A stretch of 20,000 nt of DNA from Squalus acanthias (GCA_030390025.1 JASTWF010000035.1:4514679-4534678); one strand, 5' to 3'. Positions 1 to 10,715 are shown, counted from the stretch's first letter. Notes: a model not told the origin generated them from the sequence alone. Made by a program: numbers and translations.

Positions 1-337
1 ACGGGACCGTCGTGGTGCCGGTTAATCAAAAAGTCCGGATAACGGAGAGTTATATCTCCCAACGTACGAGAGCCCCGTACACATTGACATGCGCCTGCAT
101 TCGGAGCTCCATCTCCCCGGGGACCGCCAGCTGACCATCTGTCGTGTCCGCTGCCTACCCGGGCTGCACATTCCCCTCCCAATCTACACGCTCCGATACA
201 AGGCAAACGCCTCGGGGTTTTTTTTAAAGTTAATTTTAAACGAGAGATGAAGGAAAACCCCGGTTACCTACTCAAGAATTTTGCCGGTTAAGAGAGATTT
301 CCGGATATTTGGGTGCCGGTTAATAAAGAGTTTCCTG
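1..337. mobile_element. Non-autonomous Tc1/mariner (pogo/Tigger-like) MITE, left end cut by window edge
   Basis: Ends GGTGCCGGTTAATAAAGAGTTTCCTG+TA. This is the exact reverse complement of the left TIR of the element at 16997. Bases 1-57 and ~280-337 match that element's subterminal sequences. Inserted at a TA within a CR1 RT C-terminus. Confidence 0.85.
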
Positions 338-691
338 TACTTGCCATAGAGGGAGTGCAACGAAGGTTCACCAGACTGGTTCCTGGGATGGGGGATTGTC
401 CTATGAGGAGAGATTGAGTAGACTAGGCCTATATTCTCTAGAGTTTAGAATAATGAGAGGTGATCTCATTGAAACATACAAAATTCTTACAGGGCTTGTC
501 AGGGTAGATGCAGAGAGGATGTTTCCCCTGGCTGGGGAGTCTAGAACCAGGGGTCACAGTCTCAGAATAAGGGGTCAGTCATTTAGGACTGAGATGAGGA
601 GAAATTTCTTCACTCAGAGGGTGGTGAATCTTTGGAATTATCTACCCCAGAGAGCTGTGGAGGCATTAAGGGAATCGAGGGATATGTTCCA
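338..691 (+). mobile_element. CR1 LINE ORF2 C-terminal fragment (interrupted; continues at 2089)
   Basis: Translates LAIEGVQRRFTRL...YEERLSRLGLYSLE...RTRGHSL...FFTQRVVNLWN, matching the other CR1 copies in the window. Confidence 0.9.
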
Positions 692-2088
692 GTACAGCTA
701 TAACACTGGCATCTATCCGACAATGTGGAAAACTGCCCAGATATGTCCTGTCCACAAAAAGCAGGACAAATCCAATCCGGCCAATTACCGCCCCATCAGT
801 CTACTCTCAATCATCAGCAAAGTGATGGAAGGTGTCATCGACAGTGCTATCAAGCAGCACTTACTCACCAATAACCTGCTCACTGATGCCCTGTTTGGGT
901 TCCGCCAAGATCACTCAGCTCCCGACCTCATTACAGCCTTGGTCCAAACATGGACAAAAGAGCTGAATTCTAGAGGTGAGGTGAGAGTGACTGCCCTTGA
1001 CATCAAGGCAGCATTTGACTGAGTGTGGCATCAAGGAGCCCTATAAACTGAAGTCAATGGGAACCAGGGGGAAAATTCTCCATTGGCTGCAGTCAGAACA
1101 AAGGAAGATGGTTGTGGTTGTTGGAGGTCAGCCTCAGGGCAGTGGCCTAGGCCCAACCATCTTCAGCTGCTTCATCAATGACCTTCCCTCCAGCATAAGG
1201 TCAGAAATGGGGATGTTCGCTGATGACTGCACAGTGTTCAGTGCCATTTGCAACTCCTCAGATAATGAAGCAGTCCATGCCCACATGCAGCAAGACCTGG
1301 ACGACATTCAGGCTTGGGCTGATGAGTAGCAGGTAACATTTGCGCCACAGAAGTGCCAGGCAATGACTATCTCCAACAAGCGAGAATCTAAACACCGTCC
1401 CTTGACATTCAACGGCATTACCATCGCCGAATCCCCCAACATCAACATCCTGGGGGTCACCATTGACCAGAAACTTAACTGGACCAGCCACATAAATACT
1501 GTGGCAACAAGAGCAGGTCAGAGGCTGGGTATTCTGCGGCGAGTGTCTCACCTCCTAACTCCCCAAAGCCTTTTCACCATCTATAAGGCACAAGTCAGGA
1601 GTGTGATGGAATACTCTCCACTTGCCTGGATTGGTACAGCTCCAACAACACTCAAGAAGCTCGACACCATCCAAGACACAGCAGCCTGCTTGATTGGCAC
1701 CCCATCCATCACCTTAAACATTCAGTCCCTCCACCACCGGTGCACTGTGGCTGCAGTGTGTACCATCGACAAGATGCACTGCAGCAACTCGCCAAGGCTT
1801 CTTCGGCGACCTCTTCCACCTAGAAGGACAAGGGCAGCAGGCGCACGGGAACACCACCAACTCCAAGTTCCCCTCCAAGTTGCATACCATCCTGACTTAG
1901 TAGTATAGCGCCGACCCTTCATCCTGGAACTCCCTCCCTAACAGCACTGTGGGAGCACCTTCACCACACGGACTGCAGCGGTTCAAGAAGGTGGCTCACC
2001 ACCACCTTCTCGAGGGCAATTAGGGATGGGCAATAAATGCTGGCCTTGCCAGCGACGCCCACATCCCATGAACAAATTTAAAAAAAAA
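692..2088 (+). mobile_element. 5'-truncated LINE of a second family (CR1/L2-group RT), degenerate, with A-rich tail
   Basis: RT motifs HKKQDKSNPANYRPISLLS, LDIKAAFD, PQGSGLGP, FADD and ILGVTIDQKLNW are split by stops and frameshifts. Distinct 3' end GGGCAATTAGGGATGGGCAATAAATGC...ACATCCCATGAAC followed by an A-run. Confidence 0.85.
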
Positions 2089-2211
2089 TGGGGATAGTGC
2101 AGGAAAGTGGAGATGAGGTAGAAAATCAGCCATGATCTTATTGAATGGCGGAGCAGGCTTGAAGGGCCAAATGGCCTACTCCTGCTTCCTGCTCCTATTT
2201 CTTTTGTTCTT
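2089..2211 (+). mobile_element. 3' end of the CR1 started at 338
   Basis: Joining GAGGGATA (684-691) to TGGGGATAGTGCAGGAAAG restores the CR1 ORF2 end. Followed by the CR1 3'UTR CAGCCATGATCTTATTGAATGGCGGAGCAGG...TGGCCTACTCCTG. Confidence 0.85.
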
Positions 2212-2490
2212 AACTCCTCACGAAGGGACCCTCATACTATTTACCCCAGCTCAATGGTCCCCATGTTTAACTCAGTGAATTGTTTAACCTCCCTCAGAAT
2301 TGATTGAATTCATGTTCACCTCACTAACCTCCCACATGCGGCTGAGTGAACGATGAACTCCTTAGCTAGTGATTAACAGCACCAGATAGCCGGTCGATCG
2401 CATTATCACTAGATACACTCTACTCTGTTCAATAGACCAGCTGTGTTGTTGGTTAGCAGTTTCCAGAACTTGCATAACATTCTCCTTACG

Positions 2491-2889
2491 AACAATGTGG
2501 TTGCACAGAAACAGGCCATTCGGCCCAACAGGCTATGCTCCACATGAGCCTCCTCCCACCCTACTTCATCTCACCCTATCAACATATCCTTCTAATCCTT
2601 TCTCCCTCATGTGTTTATCTAGCTTCCCCTTAAATGCATCTATACTATTCGCCTCAACCACTCCTTGTGGTAGCGAGTTCCATGTTCTCACCACTCTCTG
2701 GGTAAAGAAATTTCTCCTGAATTCCCTATTGGATTTATTGGTCACTCTTATATTGATGCCCCCCTAGTTCTGGAAGCATTCTCTCTACATCTTTCCTATC
2801 AAACCCTTTCTTAAAGTCCTCTATTCGGTCACCCCTCAGTCTTCTCTTTTCTAGAGAAAAGAAACCCAGTCTGTTCATCCTTTCCTGGT
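2491..2889 (-). mobile_element. CR1-type 3' fragment (deleted subfamily), interrupted by the element at 2890
   Basis: Reverse strand reads ERMNRLGFFSLEKRRLRGD...FKKGFDR. Its 3' tail matches 18780-18860. Confidence 0.85.
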
Positions 2890-4957
2890 ATGAATAAAAC
2901 AAAAAGGGTGACTCAACCGTGGCTAACAAGGGAAATTAGGGATAGCATAAGATCCAAGGAGAGGACATATAAATTGGCCAGAAAAAGCAGTAGCCCTGAG
3001 GATTGGGAGCAGTTTAGGATTCAACAAAGGAGGACAAAGGGATTAATTAAGAAGGGGAAAATAGAATATGAAAGTAAGCTTGCTGGGAACATAAAAACTG
3101 ACTGTAAGAGCTTTTATAGATATGTGAAGAGAAAAAGATTAGTGAAATCAAGTGTAGGTCCCTTGCAGTCAGAAGCGGGGGAAGTTATAATGGGGAACAA
3201 AGAAATGGAAGACCAATTAAATGCATATTTTGGTTCTGTCTTCACAAAGGAGGACACAAATAACCTCCCAGAGATGTTGGAGAACATACGGTCTGATGAA
3301 AGGGAGGAACTGAAAGAAATCAGTATTTGCAGGGAAATGGTGTTAGGGAAATTGACGGGATTGAAGGCCGATAAATCCCCAGGGCCTGATAGTCTGTATC
3401 CTAGGGTACTTAAGGAAGTGGCCCTAGAAATAGTAGATGCATTGCTGATCATCTTCCAACATTCGATGGAATCTGGAACTGTACCCATGGATTGGAGGGT
3501 AGCTAATGTTACCCCACTATTCAAAAAGGGTGGTAGAGAGAAAGCGGGGAATTACAGACCGGTAAGCCTGACATCGGTAGTGGGGAAAATGCTAGAGTCC
3601 ATTATAAAGGATGTAATAGCTGAGCACTTGAAAAACAGTGACAGGATCGGACAAAGTCAACATGGATTTACAAAAGGTAAATCGTGCTTGACTAATCTAC
3701 TGGAATTTTTTGAGGATGTAACTGGGAAAATAGATAAGGGAGAACCAGTAGATGTGGTGTATTTGGACTTTCAAAAGGCTTTCGATAAGGTCCCGCATAA
3801 GAGATTAGCGTGTAAAGTTAAGGCACATGGGATTGGGGGGCAAGGTATTGACTTGGATAGAGAACTGGTTGGCGGACAGAAAGCAGAGAGTAGGAATTAA
3901 TGGGTCTTTTCCCGAGTGGCAGGCAGTGACTAGTGGGGTACCGTAGGGATCGGTCCTTGGACCCCAGCTATTCACAATATACATTAATGATCTAGATAAG
4001 GGAACTAAATGTAATATCTCCAAGTTTGCAGATGACACAAAGCTGGGTGGGACTGTGTGCTGCGAGGAGGATACCGAGAAACTCCAGGATGATTTGGACA
4101 GGTTGGGTGAGTGGGCAGAAGCGTGGCAGATGCAATATAACGTGGATAAATGCGAGGTTATCCACTTTGGTGTCAAAAACAGAAAGGCAGACTATTATCT
4201 GAATGGCAATAGATTGGGAGAAGAGGAAGTGCAACGAGACCTGGGTGTCCTTGTGCACCAGTCGCTGAAAGTAAGCATGCAGGTGCAGCAGGCGGTGAAG
4301 AAGGCAAATGGTATGTTGGCCTTCATAGCGAAAGGGTTTGAGTATAGGAACAGGGATGTCCTGCTGCAGTTGTACAGGGCCTTGGTGAGACCACACCTTG
4401 AGTACTGTGTGCAGTTTTGGTCGCCCTATCTGAGGAAGAATGTTCTTGCCATGGAAGGAGTTCAGCGAAGATTCACAAGGCTGATACCTGGGATGGCAGG
4501 AATGACATATGAGGAGAGATTGGATCGATTGGGCTTATATTCACTGGAGTATAGAAGAATGAGAGGGGATCTCATCGAAACATATAAAATTCTGACAGGT
4601 CTGGACAAACTAGATGCAGGAAGAATGTTCCCGATGGTCGGAGAGTCCAGAACCAGGGGTCACAGTCTAAGGATAAGGGGTAACCCATTTAGGACAGAAA
4701 TGAGGAGGAATTTCTTCACCCAGAGAGTGGTGAACCTGTGGAATTCTCTACCACAGAAGGTAGTTGAGGCCAAGCCATTAAATATATTCAAGAATGAGTT
4801 AGATATATTTCTTAAAGCTAAAGGTATCAAGGGATATGGGGAGAAGGCAGGTACAGGGTACTGAGTTTGGATGATCAGCCATGATCTCATCGAATGGCGG
4901 AGCAGGCTCGAGGGGCCGAATGGCCTACTCCTGCTCCTATCTTCTATGTTTCTATGT
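2890..4957 (+). mobile_element. CR1 LINE, 5'-truncated, RT domain with one frameshift and one premature stop
   Basis: ORFs 2890-3900 and 4055-4864 contain KSPGPD, NYRPVSLTS, QHGF, LDFQKAFD and RPHLEYC, with FADD in the segment between them. Frameshift near the G-run at 3835-3840. TAG at 3944-3946 in the GVPQGS motif. Ends in the CR1 3'UTR and a TTCTATGT-type tail. Confidence 0.95.
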
Positions 4958-5490
4958 ATACCCTCACATTTCTGGTATCATCCTTGTAAATCTCTGCACC
5001 CTCTCCAGTGCCTCTATATCCTTTTTATAATATGGTGACCAGAATTGTACACAGTACTCCAAGTGTCATCTAACCAAGGTTCGATACAAGCTTAACATAA
5101 CAGACCCCAATGCTTTGTTTGCTTTTTTTATGGCCTTATTAACCTGCGTCGATACTTTTGAGTGATTTGTGTATTTGTACCCCCAGATAGACACTTGTGT
5201 TTCAAGGAGGATGTGGCCTCCTTATTCTTCCTATCAAAATGTACCACAAATATTGAAATTCATTTACCAATTACATGGCCATTCTGCAAGCCTATTAATA
5301 TCTTCCTGTATTTTGTCACAATCTTCCTCTGTATTAACTATAACCACCCCCACCAATTTGGTGTTCGCAAATTCCCGAGTCCAAACGGTTCAGTGGTCCC
5401 GGCCCCGATCCCTGTGGAACACCACTTCCCACCTTTTACCAGTCTGCGTCACGACCTTTAACCCCTACTCTCTGTTTTGTAGCCAGTCCC
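4958..5490 (-). mobile_element. Upstream continuation of the minus-strand CR1 at 2491-2889, heavily deleted
   Basis: Reverse complement matches 18320-18445 (LYRTLVR.HLEY...[15 protein letters not shown]). Further RT remnants (RVGVKG, GVPQGSG) extend to ~5490. Confidence 0.8.
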
Positions 5491-5591
5491 CTGACTCCAC
5501 ATGTCATGAGCTGGTTGTTGGCCTTCCCTGGGACGTTGGTCTATGAGCCTCCTGTAGCCCAGGGTAAATCCACCTGCTGCACTGGGCTCGA

Positions 5592-6410
5592 GTATGCAGG
5601 TGCAGCAAGTGATTAAGAAGGCAAATGGAATGTTGGCTTTCATTGCTAGGGGGATAGAATATAAAAATAGGGAGGTATTGCTTCAGTTGTACAAGGTATT
5701 GGTGAGACCGCACCTGGAATACTGCATACAGTTTTGGTGTCCTTACTTAAGGAAAGACATCCTTGCTCTCGAGGCAGTGCAAAAAAGGTTCACTCGGTTA
5801 ATCCCGGGGATGAGGGGGTGGTCATATGAGGAGAGGTTGGGTAGATTGGGACTCTACTCATTGGAGTTCAGAAGAATGAGAGGCGATCTTATTGAAACAT
5901 ATAAGATTGTGAAGGGGTTGGATCGGGTGGATGCGGGGAGGATGTTCCCGATGACGGGTGAGACTAGAACTAGGGGACATAGTCTTAGAATAAGGGGCTG
6001 CTCTTTCAAAACTGAGATGAGGAGAAACTACTTCACTCAGAGGGTGGTAGGTCCATGGAATATGCTGCCACAAAAAGCTGTAGAAGCTACATCATTAAAT
6101 AAATTTAAAACAGAAATAGACAGTTTCCTAGAAGTAAAGGGCATTAAGGGTTACGGGGAGCGGGCAGGAATTTGGACATGAGTCTAGGTTCGGATCGGTC
6201 ATGGCCCTGTGGGTAGTGGAGCGGGCCCAAGGACCGTGTAGCCTGATTCTGCTCCTATTTCGTGTGTGCAATTCTGTTAGATGCAGGAGAGGGTTCTGTG
6301 ATAGTAGATAGTAGATTGGCGGTTAGGATCAGATCAGCCATGATCTTATTGAATGGCGGAGCAGGCTCGAGGGGCCGATTGGCCTACTCCTGCTCCTATT
6401 TCTTATGTTC
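5592..6410 (+). mobile_element. CR1 LINE 3' fragment with intact ORF2 C-terminus and two successive 3'-end motifs
   Basis: ORF 5594-6181 MQVQQVIKKANGML...GIKGYGERAGIWT. A diverged 3'-end motif lies at 6190-6265 and a canonical one at 6330-6410. Confidence 0.9.
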
Positions 6411-6582
6411 TCCGCCAGACTGGGACACTGAAGTGATACTGCGCGTGACCTGTGTAACTCGTCGCTATAAACCGTACAACCTGACTTCTAGAATCTTCCT
6501 TTGCCCTGGATACACTTTGACCCTGTTAAAGACACCCATCGCAGTAAAGACAAGGGAACAAAGAATCTGCTAATTGCCTGCA

Positions 6583-6750
6583 CAGAACGTGCTGGAAACA
6601 CTCCGGGCAGTGGAGAGAGAATCACCAGGTCATCGACCTGAAACGTTGACTCTGTGTCTCTCTCCACAGGGGCTACCTGACCTGCTGAGTGTTTCCAGCA
6701 TTTTCTGACTTGATTTCAGATTTCCAGCATCTGCAGTATTTTGCTTTTTG
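6583..6750. mobile_element. Degraded Penelope-like palindromic (pseudo-LTR) remnant
   Basis: Imperfect inverted arms (TGCTGGAAACACTC...TGGAGAGAGA versus TCTCTCTCCA...GAGTGTTTCCAGCA) around AGGTCATCGACCTGAAACGTTG, a hammerhead stem II+GAAAC remnant. Family assignment is from recalled similarity. Confidence 0.6.
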
Positions 6751-7140
6751 TACCTTGCCTTTTAAAGAAAAGCTCCTTTCTATTCATTTGCCCAATCCGA
6801 ATGACACTTGTACGTTAGCAGAGTTCGTCTGTTCTGTTGTCGATAACCTCAGCCAGGCTGGTCAGTGCCTCGAGAATCTCTCCGTTAATGAAGCATCAGG
6901 AACTGAGACATGGCAGGTGTTCGACCCCGGCTCCACAATCTCTCTCCAATAAAGGTTTCCCTCAGCCACTGTCCTCAATGTGGTCTCTGCTCAGCAATGT
7001 TTGGTTGATTTAGACAAATCTCTGTGGTTTTAGCTTCTGCTGCTTTCCCAATATTGCGAGGACACATGGCGGGAATTTCTGCTCCAGCCTCGATTCAGCA
7101 GGATTGTTTCCACTGCAGCCGAGGAGATTGACTCGTGATC

Positions 7141-7380
7141 TTTATAATGAAGATGATGTGGAGATGCCGATGTTGGACTGGGGTGGACAAAAATGAGAAG
7201 TCGCACAACACCAGGTTATAGTCCAACAGTTTTATTTGAAATCACAAGCTTTCGGAGCGCTGCTCCTTCGTGACTTCACCTGAGGAAGGGGCGATCGATA
7301 GCTCCGAAAGCTTGTGATTTCAAATAAAACTGTTGGACTATAACCTGGTGTTGTGCGACTTCTCATTTTTATAATGAAGA
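7141..7380. mobile_element. Penelope-like element pseudo-LTR palindrome with 13-bp target-site duplication
   Basis: Perfect 70-bp inverted repeat 7189-7258 / 7301-7370 with a 42-nt spacer. Direct repeat TTTATAATGAAGA at 7141-7153 and 7368-7380. A 35-nt one-sided extension lies at 7154-7188. Confidence 0.8.
7276..7317 (+). ncRNA. Minimal type I hammerhead ribozyme-like motif (Penelope-associated)
   Basis: UCAC-CUGAGGA-a-GGGGC[loop]GCUCC-GAAA-GC-UU-GUGA. The CUGANGA and GAAA cores are present, helix I is UCAC/GUGA, helix II can form, and palindromic AAGCUU sits at helix III. Confidence 0.6.
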
Positions 7381-7520
7381 GTTTTGATCGGGTGAATAGG
7401 GAAGGCTATTTCCTCTAGTTAGGGAATTCAGTGATGTGGGATCATTAAATGAACATTTTCAGACAGTGAGGTGGGAGGTCAGGAGAAAGGTTCTTTTCAC
7501 AAAGGGTTGGGAGTATATTT
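7381..7520 (+). mobile_element. Old degenerate CR1 3' fragment (host of the Penelope palindrome)
   Basis: Reads IMKSFDRVNRE... (starting inside the TSD), then remnants of the RxxFFTQRV motif. Confidence 0.55.
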
Positions 7521-7539
7521 ATTTCTAGGCCACGGTTGA

Positions 7540-7690
7540 TTGTCTTTCACACGAGACGTTAAACTCAGGCCTGTTCAGGTCAGTTTTGAGCAGAGATTCT
7601 CCCGTGTTCGGGCTAACATTCCTCTGTCATCGATCAGTTGCCTCACTGCTTTTTGTGGGATCTTGCTGTGCACAAAATGGCTGAGATCGT
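7540..7690 (+). mobile_element. DeuSINE (AmnSINE1/SacSINE1-like) fragment
   Basis: GAGACGTTAAACTCAGGCC, TTCTCCCGTGTTCGGGCTAACATT and TTTGTGGGATCTTGCTGTGCACAAAATGGCTG resemble the recalled Deu-domain consensus, in the correct order. Confidence 0.65.
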
Positions 7691-7694
7691 CAGT

Positions 7695-7725
7695 GAGAGG
7701 TGGGCAGTGTTGGGATGTCCGAGAG
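7695..7725 (+). repeat. Single detached unit of the 26-bp minisatellite
   Basis: GAGAGGTGGGCAGTGTTGGGATGTCCGAGAG is identical to the array units at 9158-9437. Confidence 0.95.
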
Positions 7726-9157
7726 AAACATAGAAAATAGGTGCAGGAGTAGACCATTCGGTCCTTCGAGCCTGCACCGCCATTCAATGCGTTCATGGCT
7801 GAACATGCTACCTCAGTACCCCATTCCTGCTTTCTCGCCATACCCCTTGATCCCCCTAGTTGTGAGTGTTATATCTAACTCCCTTTTGAATATATTTAGC
7901 GAACTGGCCTCAACAACCTTCTGTGGTAGAGAATTCCACAGATTCACCACTCTCTGGGTGAAGAAGTTCCTCCTCATCTCAGTCTTAAATGGCTTCCCCT
8001 TTATCCTTAGACTGTGACCCCTGGTTCTAGTTTTCCCTAACATTGGGAACATTCTGCCCGCATCTAATTTGTCTAAACCAGTCAGGATTTTAAATGTCTC
8101 TATAAGATCCCCCCTCATTCTTCTGAACTCCAGAGGATACAAGTTCAGTTGACCCAATCTTTCTTGATATGTCAGTCTGGCCATCCCAGGAATCAATCTA
8201 GTGAACCTTCGCTGCACTCCCTCAATAGCAAGAATGTCCTTCCTCAAGTTAGGAGACCAAAACTGCGCACAATACTCCAGGTGTGGCCTCACCAAGGCCC
8301 TGTACAACTGTAGCATCACCTCCCTACTCCTGTACTCAAATCCCCTTACTATGAAGGCCATCATGCCATTTGCTTTCTTGACTGCCTGCTGCACTTGCAT
8401 TCCCACCTTCAGTGACTGATGTACCATGACGCCCAGGTCTCGTTGCACCTCCCCTTTCCCTAATCTGTCACCATTCAGGTAATAGTCCGCCTCTCTTATT
8501 TTTACCACCAAAGTGGATAACCTCACATTTATCCACATTGTACTTCATCTGCCATACATTTGCCCATTCACCCAACCTGTCCAAGTCACTCTGTAGCCTC
8601 CTAGCATCCTCCTCATTGTTCACACTGCCTCCCAATTTAGTGTCATCTGCAAATTTGGAGATATTACATTTAATCCCTTCGTCCAAATCATTAATATATA
8701 ATGTAAACAGCTGGGGTCCCAGCACCGAACCCTGCGGTACCCCGCTGGTCACTGCCTGCCATTCTGAAAAGTACCCATTTACTCCTACTCTTTGTTTCCT
8801 GTGTGCCAACCAGTTCTCAATCCACGTCAACACATTACCCCCAATCCCATGTGCTTTAACTTTGCACACCAATCTCTTGTGTGGGACCTTGTCGAAGGCC
8901 TTCTGAAAGTCCAAATACACCACATCTACTGGTTCCCCCCTGTCCACCCGATTGGAAACATCCTCAAAAAATTCCAGAAGATTTGTCAAGCATCATTTCC
9001 CTTTCACAAATCCATGCTGACTTGGACCTATCATGTCGCCACTTTCCAAATGGTCTGTTATGACATCTTTAATAATTGCTTCCATCATTTTACCCACAAC
9101 CGATGTCAGGCTAACCGGTCTATAATTCCCTGCTTTCTCCCTCCCTCCTTTTTTAAA
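7726..9157 (-). mobile_element. CR1 LINE, 5'-truncated in RT, frameshifted
   Basis: Minus ORFs 8468-8989 and 7813-8538 carry LDFQKAFD, GVPQGSVLGP, FADD and RPHLEYC. The CR1 3'UTR and tail are at 7726-7812. Confidence 0.95.
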
Positions 9158-9437
9158 AGAGGTGGGCAGTGTTGAGTTGTCCGAGAGGTGGGCAGTGTTG
9201 GGATGTCCGAGAGGTGGGCAGTGTTGGGATGTCCGAGAGGTGGGCAGTGTTGGGATGTCCGAGAGGTGGGCAGTGTTGGGATGTCCGAGAGGTGGGCAGT
9301 GTTGGGATGTCCGAGAGGTGGGCAGTGTTGGGATGTCCGAGAGGTGGGCAGTGTTGGGATGTCCGAGAGGTGGGCAGTGTTGGGATGTCCGAGAGGTGGG
9401 CAGTGTTGGGATGTCCGAGAGGTGGGCAGTGTTGGGA
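9158..9437 (+). repeat. 26-bp minisatellite, ~10.7 near-identical copies
   Basis: Unit CCGAGAGGTGGGCAGTGTTGGGATGT in direct tandem with no spacers. Confidence 0.97.
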
Positions 9438-9484
9438 CTTTTCCAAGTGTAAATGGTTCAACAAACGAAAACCAGAGACAATTC

Positions 9485-10715
9485 ATTTGAACAAGACCCA
9501 GCGTTTATTAATTAGCAAATCTGATCATAGCTTAGTGCGGAGCGATTAGATACGGTCGTGTTCAATGGACATGCAGCAGACTGGGCACAGCAACTCTCGA
9601 TCAGACCCAGGTACCAGAACCAGCCTGCACTAACAGCACCTGCGCCCAGGCTCAAACATCGCACCGTGTGTCAGAGGATCAGGGAGATTGTTACTGTCGC
9701 AGGTACAGTCCCAGTCGTGCGGGGGAATGAGGGGGGTGGGGACACAGGGGGGGAGAGATGAACGGGTGGGTGGGGCACGGGGAGTGAGGCAGGGGTAGAG
9801 ATGGGTGAGTGGGTGAGAGTGGCGGTGCTGGAGGGGCACGGGAGTGAGCAGTGAGGAGAATGGGGTGTTGTCCACACCCAGTTTTACTCCAGACCCTCCT
9901 CTTCCCCTCAGTGAGCAGGTGGGAATCTTCCTCATGGGAGGTCAGTGGCCGTTTACTGGGAGGTGAAGTGAAGACTCCAGTGTCACTGCGAGCTGCCCGA
10001 TCTGGGTGCAGTGTGCGAGACTCCCAGGCCCAGTACAGTGGGTCCTGTGCATTCCCACGCTAACTGAGGCCACTGGGGGAAGGTGGTCACAGTGCACAGA
10101 TAGCCAGGCTCTGCTCACCCAGCAGTAGCCCACGCACTATCCTATCAGTACCAGCTCCCTATGGCAGACAGGCGTGGGGAGAGAGGGAGGGGCAGGCTCT
10201 GAGTAAAGGGCATCGGTGAAGGAATGAGCCACATTTCTTTAGTTTACAAGGAGGTGGATTTATGGGATAGTGGATTGATATAAAAGGAGCCATTCCCTGA
10301 CCCCGCATTTCCATAACAAATCGGATTAACCGAATCACTGGAAAGTATAAAATGAGGGTCGAGCGTTCAGCAGTTGCTGGACTGACCGGGTCTGATCTCC
10401 GGGATCGAGCAGCTCAGGATATAATGTCACTATAATGACCAGGACTTGTTAGGTTGGGAGTGACCCAGGCAACAGTCCGTGGGCCCCTCGGCTGCGAGGG
10501 GTTCATTCCCGACAGGTGTCAGTGTGTATACACAGGGCTCTATCAAAGCTGGGCTCTGGGTCACACACAGCAATAAAGGAGGCAACAATTAAAGTGACCC
10601 TGCAGTGGTTAGGATTTAGTGAGATTAGTGCGATGGGTGCCCGTGGGCTGATGACGCGAGCGACAGATTGGATTAGAGTATGTGAAACGCACAGACACGG
10701 GCCCTGGTCAGGGGC
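9485..10715 (-). other. DCTN1: Predicted DCTN1 3'UTR (~1.2 kb)
   Basis: Lies between the stop codon and the poly(A) signal. No recognisable TE, unlike the flanks. Cleavage site is approximate. Confidence 0.65.
9504..9509 (-). terminator. DCTN1: Polyadenylation signal AATAAA of DCTN1
   Basis: First AATAAA seen on the minus strand after the stop codon, followed ~25 nt later by the GU/U-rich element TGTCTCTGGTTTTCGTTTGTTG. Confidence 0.75.

Noticed and set aside
396..1022. 208-aa ORF as a novel protein
   Set aside because: Chance in-frame join of a CR1 C-terminus and a second inserted LINE at ~691.
3114..4396. Antisense ORFs over CR1 RT (also 8201-9175 and 13573-16158)
   Set aside because: Shadow frames of RT coding sequence with no recognisable motifs.
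6410..6960. Exon-like stretches on the minus strand (e.g. acceptor-like TTTAACAG near 6523; ILEALTSLAEVIDNRTDELC*)
   Set aside because: No recognisable protein similarity and no consistent donor/acceptor pair; cannot be supported without transcripts.
9158..9437. CRISPR-like array or repetitive protein ORFs
   Set aside because: Units are directly adjacent with no unique spacers. The ORFs in many frames arise because the unit lacks stop codons.
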